Shown piece after piece: positions 25,909 through 37,599 of a DNA stretch of 64,000 bases. The notes below the pieces were generated by a model that had not been told where the DNA came from, searched no databases, and was given only the letters and a program-made list of their open reading frames with translations. The stretch is from Octopus sinensis. Lineage: Eukaryota. Position 1 is the first letter of the stretch. Each line of letters opens with the position of its first letter. A program made the translations under genes and the position numbers. Location: positions 25,668,001 through 25,732,000 of the forward strand of contig NC_043003.1 of NCBI RefSeq assembly GCF_006345805.1. Reading direction: 5' to 3'.

Positions 25909-28900
25909 CAGGCTTGCCAAACGTATTTTGATGAAAGTACCAAAATCACCTAAGTAAAAGTACCAGATTTTGCTCAAAAAGTATCAAAATTTAAATTTGT
26001 AATATTTTGCCTATAAATCAACTGAAATGCATAGTATACATTATTTATAGTATACAGGCCTCTGTCTTAAAGTGATCTACACATATTTAATATACTTACT
26101 TTATAATTATATGGTTGCATCGTCAACAGGGTGAGGTTCCTCTTTGTACCAATGTCCTTGTCCGTCTTTTAATTTAGCACCAATCTCTGCATCGGGTGTA
26201 TAACTTTACATCATGAAGAGGACTTTGTGAATGTAGCAGAGCATTGATTGTTTGGGTATGCAGTTTAGACCTATTCTTGACTTTAATGTTATTAAGGACT
26301 GAAAATATTCTCTCGGTTGCAGCTGAAGAATGTGGTAATGATAGGAGTTGAAACATAAAGCACCATAGAACCAGATAACGAGCTTTATCTCTACATTTTT
26401 CCTTAGAAATTTTATATCAATAATCTTCTGGTTTGGTAGCTTCAGTTATGTCATTGTTATCTTGAAGTTTAAGCTCCCTTCATTCTTTATTAAGAGCTTC
26501 AGTCTGACTCTCCTGAACAATATTTGGAAATTTGCATGCCAGAGGAACAACCGAACTTGGACCATTGTAATCACGAATACTAACTGGGTCTAGTACCTCT
26601 AGAAGCTTCACATTACGGAAGAAATCATGTGCAAAAAAGCGCTGAAAAAATTCCTTCACAGGGCGCACATAAAAATTTAATGTTTTTACATAAAACTGTT
26701 CCAATACAGTTGTACTAATAAATGAACCTTTTTTTATGTAAATGCTTTCAACTTTTGCTCCTCTGTAAATTTCAGTTATGGGAGGATACACTGATGGATC
26801 ATTGATGTTAATTTCATGTAGCTCTTTATTTTTCACAATTTATTTTTTAACAAAATTAGCAAGTATTCCCTTAACAGGATATGTAATAGATTTGTGCAGT
26901 TCGTGTATTCTATAGCTTTCTGATTGAAAATTTAAGTTCAACTTAATAATATCTAGCAAAATATATGCTAAAAATGCATAATACACCTCTGTGATTGGAT
27001 TTGTTAATGAGTTCAGTATATTTGAAGCTGCACTGTTGTCTTCAATAGCAACAGTAGTAAAGAATAACACTAGAGCAGGCCACTGTTCTCGTATTCTTTA
27101 GACAACATGTTCTGAAGATAGCCACTTTGTACAACTTGCATGTAATAATTAGAGGATTTGTTTGAATAAATGCCTGAAATTCTTCATATTCCTGCAGTCT
27201 CTTTGGGCTATTTGAGAGGAATTAATATATGCTTCTAGCAAGTTCTTCTAAATATGAAGGTAATTCTGAACATGCCTTTGATGCACAGTTATGCATAGAA
27301 TAACAAACACAACCCTGAATAAAGAGAGAGGGAACTTTGTTCTTCAGTAATGCCTGCACACCGCCCTTTTGTTCCATCATTACACTAGCATTGTCTAAGG
27401 CAAATCCTATCAAATTTTCAAAAGGAATATCATGTAAGTTGAAGAATCTTTCAAAAGAGGAAAATATCCCATTAGAAGAGCAATCCTTGGCTTCCAAAAG
27501 AATTAAATAACTATGAATAATTTTTTGAATGCTACAATCATAAAATCTAGACAACAGAACAAGCTTTTTTTTTTTTGTACTTACGTCAGTAGTTTCATCA
27601 ACAATTGATGAAAACGTGCACTCTTTGAAATATTCAATGAGGTTTTCAAAGTAATGTGGACCTAAAATATTTTTATGTATTTGAGTAGCTTTGGTTCTTG
27701 CACATTTAATATCTTTAGCTATTTTGGAATCAGGACATGCATTCTGAATTAGTCCAAGTAAATGAGTCATAAGTCTCACTGGTAAGTTACGTTCTGCAAT
27801 GAAGGAACAAAGCTTAAGCTCCGCAGCTGCTACGCTTGTAATATGAACAGAAGTTGTAGGCTGCCAAAAGTCGATCAGTTTTCCACTTTTATTTTCTGAA
27901 TTAACATTTTTGATATGAAAACAATTGCAGCGTGGAAGGTGTTTATACGCCATTTAAGAAACACACAAAAACCGTTAGATTCACTTCAACATTTAAATTT
28001 AATTTGTCAAAATATTTTCGTCGCTTTGAGACCGCGACCTGTTCACTGACAAAATTCCAATGCAGCACGGAAGGTAATTCTGAACATGCCTTTGATGCAC
28101 AGTTATGCAATTGTTTTCGTTCCAGCACATGATCTCAGATCAGGTCACTTGCTATGCAAGTACATCTCCGTAATTTTTTATATGTTTATCCGTTTTCCCG
28201 TGCCTCTCCAGATGAGTTATACTGCCTTGAATTCCACAACGACAAAATTTGGAATACGCTCATTCGATATTTGCTTTACTTGGTTCTAATCATGATGAAA
28301 ATCGAGAATCCAATAAAAGTTTATTTGATAATTTATGATTATATTGTTAATTCTTTTCTTTCATCACTATCTTTCGTTTTCTTGCTCATCGCGAGGGTTA
28401 TAGATCACTCATAATTGATAAAAGTTTAACGAGATAGTAAGGAAGCACTTGTCACTTATGTATAAAACATGTTACTGACTGGCATTAGAGACAGCAACTC
28501 GGTGATATTGGATGGTACGTACGATGCACGTATGTACTAACTAGCTACCAATTAGATATAAACTGCCTCGTTATAAAATGTCGCAAAATATATTTTGATA
28601 TAAGATCGTTAGTCCATTTGTAATGTAATGTTCGCTTACATATCTTCTTTCTTGTGCCCTTTTTCAAGCCTAGCCAGGCTCATGGGCCGGGTTTCCCGGT
28701 TTCTATGGCGTATGTGTTCCCCCCAGCTGGACGGGACGCCAGTCCATCGCAGCGTTACTCAAGAAACAGGAAGAAAGAGTGAGAGAAAGTTGGGGTGGAA
28801 CCTCGTGGAGCTTTAGGTGTTTTGTTTTCGCTCAATAAACACACACAACGCCCGGTCTGGGAATCGAAACCCCGATCCTCCGACTGCGAGTCCGCTGCCC

Positions 28901-29074
28901 TAACCACTGGGCCATTGCGCCTCCACTTCGCTTACACATGCTGTAAACTTATTTTTTTACATAAAACGAAAAGATTTGAAAAAAGTATTAAATTATTGCA
29001 GCGTAGTACCAAAAGTACTACCGTACACTAAAAGTACAAAATTTGGTACAATAGTACCAGGTTCAGCAAGCCTG
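25909..29074 (-). mobile_element. hAT DNA transposon with intact ends and disrupted transposase
   Basis: TIRs CAGGCTTGCCAAAC (25909) and GTTCAGCAAGCCTG (29061-29074). Exact 8-bp TSD CAGTCAAC at 25901-25908 and 29075-29082. Minus ORFs carry DETTD, DNASVM, CVCYSMHNCAS and the dimerisation motif LSLPHSSAATERIFS. Confidence 0.93.
28641..28926 (-). mobile_element. SINE (head A plus V-like tail) nested in the hAT element
   Basis: 10-bp TSD TTCGCTTACA at 28631-28640 and 28927-28936. Confidence 0.88.
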
Positions 29075-31121
29075 CAGTCAACCGATGTTTAGAACTCCAT
29101 GTTCATCTCTGTAATTGCAATTTCCAGTCAATTTCAACCAAGTACTGAACGTTATTTGCCCTCCGACTTTCCTTTGGTATTGCGTACATTTAAATAATTT
29201 ACTGAGTGTATATCCGAAATCAGAACAACGCCGGAGAATTAGTTTTAAAACGTTTTCTACGACAGAATGAATTTCCAAATTTTACAATAACGACCATTAT
29301 AGATCTGGTCCAGAGAACCACATCTACCTGAACACGCTGTATGACATAACCTACCAGTTATTTCGCACGACTTGAAAGCAGTGTTAACAATTTTGACACA
29401 AGCAAAGAATTCAACAGTGTCTCATACGGGAACTTCGCAACGTTCCTTGACTCTGAATTCGATCCGCCTGTCATTGTAATGTAGAAAAGACAGAAAGGTA
29501 AAGTATTAGAGGTTAGGGATTCTCTGTGAGTGATTTTATGCAATCAATCAAGTGAAATTTCACTGCAATGTGGGCTAGGATGTCTCTATATGCAAATTGT
29601 ATTGTCGTACCGTCAATAAACCTACTTTGATACACTAGTGCTGAAGTTTCTAGAGAAGTATGTAAAAGGCGATACTCCCGCATGGCCGCAGTCAAACGAC
29701 TGAAACAAATAAAAGAATATGAAAGTTTGTGCCACATGATTTTAAAAAATCAGTAACAAATTTACCTATACGCTTAACAGGCTGAAATTTGACTCTCAAA
29801 ATCAAAAGGACTTCAGACAAAAGTATATATTTTTCACATTGGGAATGGCCTTACAAGTATAGTCTTGGGCACCGGGCCTCTCCTCATCTAAATCCGGTAC
29901 TGTTGAAGATACATTGTGCTACCTTAAAATTTGTGCTGTGTCTGCTAATAGAGGAATAAGAAAATCGAGTCACGGTGAGTAAATTATTAATGAACAGACA
30001 TGAGTGTGGAAGACTAATCGAACCCTGAAGTACGCCAGTGTTCTTATAGTGTGTATCGGAGAGAACCTCTTCGACCCATACTGCAAAAGAGGAACGTTCT
30101 GACTGGAAACTTTGATCTGAGAGATGACAAGCGCATAGAACTAAGAGCCAAGGAACGTTACTAAGTTCTCGTACAAGACACTATTGACTTCTTAAAATTT
30201 TAGAGACTGCTTTCAAGTAGTGAGAGGTTTCTCAAGTAGATCTCATGCTCTTAAACCTATACAGGTCGTCACTAAGAAAGCAAGGAGATCCGAGGCGATG
30301 AAGGAGGTCTGAGATCGTGAGAGATATGTAATTGGACAGATTAGAGAAATTATCCGACTTAGGTAAGTGATACAGATTCGTTTCCGTCTAACCTTTTAAT
30401 GCTTGCTGCCTGCGATAAATGTTAACATTAACTTAACTGTTGTTTTTCTTGCAGATGGTGTCCCTCAGTCATTAACTCTCGAATCTGTTATGCCAACTAG
30501 TGTTGCTGGCTAGTACGTTAAAAGGTATGCTTTGCTAATGAAATTAGAATAATACTGAAACATATCTAGCATTATCTCCCATACTTGCTGAAATAATTAA
30601 AATGATATTAATAATTTTATTTCTTCCTCTCTGCGCAATTATTTCTAATCAGGTTTTTGATGCTCATTAAATATCTTAACACTAATTAACTAGCTACATA
30701 TTTGCATAGTTTTCTATAGAGAAAAACAGCTAAGAGTCTCATGTGAAAGCATGTATGGGAGAGAGAGGCGGGAGAGCAAGAGAGATGGGTCGATAGAGTG
30801 GGGGAAGGAAAGGTGAAAGAGAGAGAGCGAGGGAGAAAAGGTAGGGGGAGAGAGGAAGGTAGATTGAAAGGCAGAGAGAAAAAGAAAGTATGTGTGTGTA
30901 TGTGCATGAGTGATGCGTGTTTGTCTGCGTGTTCGTGTGTGTTTTGTATGTGTGTATGTGCATATATGTTTGTGTATGAGTGTGTTTAAGAGAGTAAGTG
31001 CAGGAATTTCTTTTTGCTAAGAACTAAAATTCCATCAATGAGAGAAAACAGTGGGTAGCTGAAATAATAAGAGACCAAAGTGTGCGTACGCCGTTATATA
31101 TATATATATATATATAATTAA

Positions 31122-33126
31122 TCATAGACCATTTTTAAGTTCAACATCAACAATCAAGGAACGGCCATAATAGGTCATTCACCCACTAGAAATAACAGCC
31201 AAAGCTTCAACCGCAAATAAAAGTCAATTCCGTAAACAGGAGAAAATTTAAAAAACATTTACCCTGTAATTTCTTATACGATGTTTAATGGTAAACTAAC
31301 CTGATTAAATTAAATCAAGCCAATCTTCCATAGGCCCTCAGATTCTTCAGTAAGAAATAGCCACAAGTCGGAACAGATATTTTCACGAGGCATTTCCGAC
31401 CCTGCCAAGTTAATATCTGACCTAAAATTTTCAAATCATCGCACTCGCGCCAAATTTATCGGCAGCAAATAAATATAAGCCGTCGATTCCATTACGGAAT
31501 TAACCAGAAAATTCATAATTAATCAATATAGGGTTGCAAAAAATTTTGTAGAATTTTTTGCCACCAGCGGCCTAGTGGGAAAAAATTAAATAGTCATAGA
31601 CCATTTTTAAGTTCAACATCAACAATCAAGGAACGGCCATAATAGGCCATTCACCCACTAGAAATAACAGCCAAAGCTTCAACCGCAAATAAAAGTCAAT
31701 TCCGTAAACAGGAGAAAATTTAAAAAACATTTACCCTGTAATTTCTTATACGATGCACCGTTTCGTCTGCTGTTAATGGTAAACTAACCTGATTAAATTA
31801 AATCAAGCCAATCTTCCATAGGCCCTCAGATTCTTCAGTAAGAAATAGCCACAAGTCGGAACAGATATTTTCACGAGGCATTTCCGACCCTGCCAAGTTA
31901 ATATCTGACCTAAAATTTTCAAATCATCGCACTCGCGCCAAATTTATCGGCAGCAAATAAATATAAGCCGTCGATTCCATTACGGAATTAACCAGAAAAT
32001 TCATAATTAATCAATATAGGGTTGCAAAAAAATTTCGTAGAATTTTTTGCCACCAGCGGCCTAGTGGGAAAAAATTAAATAGTCATAGACCATTTTTAAG
32101 TTCAACATCAACAATCAAGGAACGGCCATAATAGGCATTCACCCACTAGAAATAACAGCCAAAGCTTCAACCGCAAATAAAAGTCAATTCCGTAACAGGA
32201 GAAAATTTAAAAAACATTTACCCTGTAATTTCTTATACGATGCACCGTTTCGTCTGCTGTTTAATGGTAAACTAACTGATTAAATTAAATCAAGCCAATC
32301 TTCCATAGGCCCTCAGATTCTTCAGTAAGAAATAGCCACAAGTCGGAACAGATATTTTCACGAGGCATTTCCGACCCTGCAAGTTAATATCTGACCTAAA
32401 ATTTTCAAATCATCGCACTCGCGCCAAATTTATCGGCAGCAAATAAATATAAGCCGTCGATTCCATTACGGAATTAACCAGAAAATTCATAATTAATCAA
32501 TATAGGGTTGCAAAAAATTTTGTAGAATTTTTTTCCACCAGCGGCCTAGTGGGAAAAAATTAAATAGTCATAGACCATTTTTAAGTTCAACATCAACAAT
32601 CAAGGAACGGCCATAATAGGCCATTCACCCACTAGAAATAACAGCCAAAGCTTCAACCGCAAATAAAAGTCAATTCCGTAAACAGGAGAAAATTTAAAAA
32701 ACATTTACCCTGTAATTTCTTATACGATGCACCGTTTCGTCTGCTGTTTAATGGTAAACTAACTAATGGAATCGACGGCTTATATTTATTTGCTGCCGAT
32801 AAATTTGGCGCGAGTGCGATGATTTGAAAATTTTAGGTCAGATATTAACTTGGCAGGGTCGGAAATGCCTCGTGAAAATATCTGTTCCGACTTGTGGCTA
32901 TTTCTTACTGAAGAATCTGAGGGCCTATGGAAGATTGGCTTGATTTAATTTAATCAGGTTAGTTTACCATTAAACAGCAGACGAAACGGTGCATCGTATA
33001 AGAAATTACAGGGTAAATGTTTTTTAAATTTTCTCCTGTTTACGGAATTGACTTTTATTTGCGGTTGAAGCTTTGGCTGTTATTTCTAGTGGGTGAATGG
33101 CCTATTATGGCCGTTCCTGATTGTTG

Positions 33127-33129
<3 letters not shown>
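31122..33129. repeat. Tandem array of a ~488-bp unit ending in an inverted partial copy
   Basis: Unit starts (TCATAGACC) at 31122, 31594, 32083 and 32568. From ~32764 to 33129 the sequence is the reverse complement of the unit. Confidence 0.95.
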
Positions 33130-33160
<31 letters not shown>

Positions 33161-33281
33161 GGAGAGAAATTTTCTTTAAGTAGTGGAAACGGCTAAAAAA
33201 ATTTTGGGGGGCTGCTATTTCTACTAAGTTCAGTATGTGGCAAAGTAATTTATTTTACTAAGCCCTAATTATATAATATAT

Positions 33282-33313
<32 letters not shown>

Positions 33314-33314
33314 C

Positions 33315-33387
33315 AATACAAAATGGGACAAGAACGCAAAACATCCTAACTCTCCGGATGTTTTGCGTTCTTGTCCCATTTTGTATT
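33315..33387. repeat. Perfect 32-bp-arm hairpin
   Basis: AATACAAAATGGGACAAGAACGCAAAACATCC, 9-nt loop, then its exact reverse complement. Confidence 0.95.
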
Positions 33388-33989
33388 TTTTCATATATAT
33401 ATGAAACAATAACGTCTTTCTAAGACATTTTTTTCTTTTACACCATGACAGAAGCAAAATGTCTTCAAACATAAATAAAATCCAGGTCGTTAGCTTGACC
33501 GGGTCAAAAGGCTGTCACTTAATCTATAGATCTTAAGCTCTACAAGTACACTGTTAGATTTCGGCAAATTTCACTAGTTTAACAATACACCTGTATGCAT
33601 CAAGGCACATTTTTCTTTCTAACTATCATTTTATCTATCTTCCTTTCTATACTTGTAATAATTGGATATTTCCCTATCCATCTATTTATCATGTATTTAT
33701 TTAAGATGCATCTGTCTCTCTACCTGTTTGTCTACCTGTCTGTCTACCTTTTTGTCTCTTTATATGCCTCTACATTCAACTTGTCTATCAATACTTATCA
33801 ATATTTCTAATTATATTCCCTTCTCCCTCCCTCTTTCCCTCACTTTCTCTCTGTCCTTCCCTCTCCCTCTCTTCCTTTCGCTGCTTTATTTTTCTCTTTA
33901 TTTTTTCTACATATTTTCTCCTCTTGTCCACATTCTCCAGTAACATTACTACGGCTATCAGAACATCGCCTCCATCCCTGACCACGGGA

Positions 33990-34150
33990 TATCTCGAGCC
34001 AACAAAGGAAGAAGTCTCTATGTGGCCACACGATTGGCTGCTAGAAGTAGCAGTCAAATCCCATTCAAACAAATCCCTATAACTAAAAAAAGTGGATGAA
34101 TACATTGGATTTGCTAGATAAGAGGGCCAGAAAATCACGTCTTGGATGGA
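33990..34150 (+). pseudogene. Possible very decayed R4/NeSL-like RT fragment
   Basis: Only PHDWLLEV resembles the VPHxWL motif; weak. Confidence 0.3.
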
Positions 34151-34584
34151 TGTCGTTAAAACGATAGAAATTCAACAAAAAAAATATTTTTTAATAAAAA
34201 ATCGATCAGAGGAGTACGCGGTGAAAGAAATGTGCGAGTTTCGTCGCTCATTTCTGGAATGTGAAGCATACTGTAGGGTAGCCAGGGTCTTCAGAGCAAG
34301 GGCAAAAAAAGAAAAAATGATGCCTCTAATTTAATTGAATGGTATGATCAGAGAAAATTATACCTCCCTTCAAGCATGCACCGGGAGTGGGGTTGACTAC
34401 CCTTTGCTTCTCCACCGCTTCTAACATTTCTGAGAAAATATACTCACTTAATACAACTCACACCAGCGAGGGGGCCTCTGTGACAGGCATGGGCAATCTT
34501 TTTCGAGATGTGGGCCACATGAGATAGGGTTCAACGTTAGGTAGGCCGCACCACTAAAACTATTGGTTTCAAATTTTGCCACAA

Positions 34585-35327
34585 GGCCAGCAATTTCGGG
34601 GAAGGGATTAAGTCGATTACATCGAATCAGTGCTCAACTGGTACTTATTTTATCGACCCTGAAAGGGTGAAAGACAAAGTGGACCTCGGCAGCGGAATTT
34701 GGACTCAGAACGTAATGACGAGCAAAATGCTACTAAGAATTTTGCCCAACCTGCTAATGATTCTGCCAGCTGGCTGCCCTGACTGATCTCATTATTGGTT
34801 TCAAATTGAAGGCGGCAAGCTGGCAGAAACGTTAGCACGCCGGGATGAAAGGCAAAGTCGACCTCGGCGGAATTTGAACTCAGAACATAAAGACAGATGA
34901 AATTCCTTTTTCTTTATTGCCCACAGGGGGCTAAACATAGAGGGGACAAACAAGGACAGACAAACGGATTAAGTCGATTACATCGACTCCAGTGCGTAAC
35001 TGGTGCTCAATTTATCGACTCCGAAAGGATGAAAGGCAAAGTCGACCTCCACGGAATTTGAACTCAGAACGTAGCGGCCGACGAAATACCTATTTCTTTA
35101 CTGCCCACAAGGGGCTAAACAAGGACAGACAAACGGATTAAGTCGATTATATCGATCCCAGTGCATAACTGGTACTTATTTAATCGACCCCGAAAGGATG
35201 AACGGCAAAATCGACCTCGGCGGAATTTGAACTCAGAACGTAACGGCAGGTGAAATACGGCTACGCATTTCGCCCGGCATGCTAACGTTTCTGCCAGCTC
35301 GCCGCCTCTCTTTGTTCTCATTCTCAC
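34585..35327 (-). mobile_element. Cluster of SINE family M units, including a short opposite-orientation head at ~34810
   Basis: Several GTCGACCTC...GGAATTTGAACTCAGAAC units; head ends at ~35327. Confidence 0.85.
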
Positions 35328-37186
35328 CACACCAAGTATGTCACCTCTGACCGCTCTCTTTGACCTTTTTTTCTTTTTTACTGACTTAGATTTCACTATT
35401 GTTACTAAGTAGCAACAATGAAACTACAATAGTTACTACCACCCAGTGACATAGCTAACAGGGGAACAAGGGGAGTGACCACTCACCCGAGCACATTTTA
35501 CAGAATTGATGCCCTTTCACCTGTGTGATAAAAGTTGAATCTCTCTTTTTTTGCTTCTTTGTTTTCCTTAATCGCATGGCTTTGGAAGAATTTTCTCAAG
35601 TTATTACTTTATTTGACCGCCTTCTCTCGTTTTTTAGCTGTCTTCTCAATCTCCTGTGATGTGCTGGTGGCCACTGACATCTGAAGAACCAAAACAAACC
35701 CTGACATCATAAACCTCTTGACACCGGACGATCATATGGAGTTTCATCTTTTTCAGGTCACACCTATATCAGTAGTTGTAAGTTTCATGCATAATTAATT
35801 ACATTGTTAATGAAATATGAAATTAATGAATGTAGAATAAAATTACGTATATCATAACTTATGAAATATTTCGGGTAATATAAGAGAAATGGGTTAAAAA
35901 TTGTTTGGTGTGTATCATGGTGCTCTTTCTTATGTGATCGTTCCTCTAACTTGGCTACACTTATACTACCACCATCACTATCACAGACACTAAAAACACT
36001 ACAATGCTACAATACTACAGCCATCATCACTAATACTCCGTGTGTGTATGTTTGTGTGTCTATGCTTGTCCCATCCCCCCTCACTCAACATCGCTTGACA
36101 AACGATGATGGTGTGTTTACGTCCTCGTCACTTAAGCGGTTCGGCAAGAGGAACCGATAGAATCAGTACTATGCTTACAAAGAATAAGTCCTGGAGTCGA
36201 TTTGCTCGACTAAAGGCGGTGCTCCATCAAGGCTGCGGTCAAATGACTGAAACAAATAAAAGAAAAGAATCAGTAATTTAGGGCAGGCCGAATGGGGGTT
36301 GTTTCAAAAACATCCGTACTTTGAAGCTCTCATTGAAATTGGTAACTCTCAACCAGAATAACACCGGTGACATATATAGAAAGGTTCTTTAAACAAACTA
36401 CTGATTGGTTCAGAAACTCCGTCATTCGCAGTAATTAACTCCAGTTACTTCTTTCGATGTGCCTGCCGAGGAGAGCCCTCTGCTGATATTTATGTTTTTT
36501 ACCCAGGTAAAATTATGTGTGACCTGGTTTTGATAACAAAACTCCGTAACTATAACCCAAATACACGAGATTTTTAATTGTTATTCACTTGGTCACAACG
36601 ACCTTGTTTACACACATCAGTTGCTACACACACACTGACAAACACACATATACACACACACATACACTCAAAGGTATACACATTTTATTCTATATATATG
36701 TATTATTTGCTGAAGGTGCAGTATGGTCGATTGGTAAAGAAATTCGCTTCGCAGCTATGGGATTCTGGGTTCATCCTACTGAGTAGCATCTTAAGCAGAT
36801 GTCGTTTTTGATCGTCTCGGATCGACTATTACTTTGTGAGTGAATCTAGGTTGACGAAAACTGAATGGAAGTTCATAGGATGGATTGTATTTGCGATTTA
36901 ATGATCCAGTTTTGTCACATCGTTTCTCGTTGAGAATCACATTAAGAGTACATGTGGCTGGGGAATACTAAGACACGTGTTAATTCAGTAAGTAGGTAAT
37001 TCAATTGATCGAATATCTGAATCTTCATTATCGAACGAGGAAGAACCATCCATCCATCCGTCCATCCATCCGTCCATCCATCCATCCGTCCGTCTGTCCG
37101 TCCATCCTCTATCCATCCATCGATCTACCCATCCATTTAGCCATCCATCCATCCACATGTGTATATGTGTGAGTACATCCTGATAG

Positions 37187-37573
37187 TGGAGGCGCAATGG
37201 CCCAGTGGTTAGGGCAGCGGACTCGCGGTCATAGGATCGCGGTTTCGATTCCCAGACCGGGCGTTGTGAGTGTTTATTGAGCGAAAACACCTAAAAGCTC
37301 CACGAGGCTCCGGCAGGGGATGGTGGTGATCCCTGCTGTACTCTTTCACCACAACTTTCTCTCACTCTTACTTCCTGTTTCTATTGTACCTGTATTTCAA
37401 GGGGCCGGCCTTGTCACTCTCTGTGTCACGCTGAATATCCCCGAGAACTACGTTAAGGGTGCACGTGTCTGTGGAGTGCTCAGCCACTTACACGTTAATT
37501 TCACGAGCAGGCTTTTCCGTTTATTCGGATCAACCGGAACCCTCATCGTCGTAACCGACGGAGTGCTTCCAAA
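37187..37573 (+). mobile_element. Young SINE family A
   Basis: 12-bp TSD ACATCCTGATAG at 37175-37186 and 37574-37585. Confidence 0.92.
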
Positions 37574-37599
37574 ACATCCTGATAGGTTTATGTATGTAT

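Noticed and set aside
30009-30024. AAGACTAATCGAACC matches a conserved 28S rRNA segment
   Set aside because: An isolated 15-mer; the flanks do not continue the rRNA.
30000-30320. Protein-like reading if TAA/TAG are read as Gln (ciliate-type code)
   Set aside because: The number of in-frame TAA/TAG is about what chance gives at this composition, and no recognisable domain results.
31122-33129. CRISPR-like or Helitron interpretation of the tandem array
   Set aside because: There are no unique spacers. The TC start and CTAG are present, but the CTAG lies 18 nt before the unit junction and the hairpin is only 3 bp.
35520-36500. Possible pogo/DDE_1 transposase remnants or exons on the minus strand
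   Set aside because: Only vague Lys/Arg-rich similarity, many stops, no diagnostic motif.
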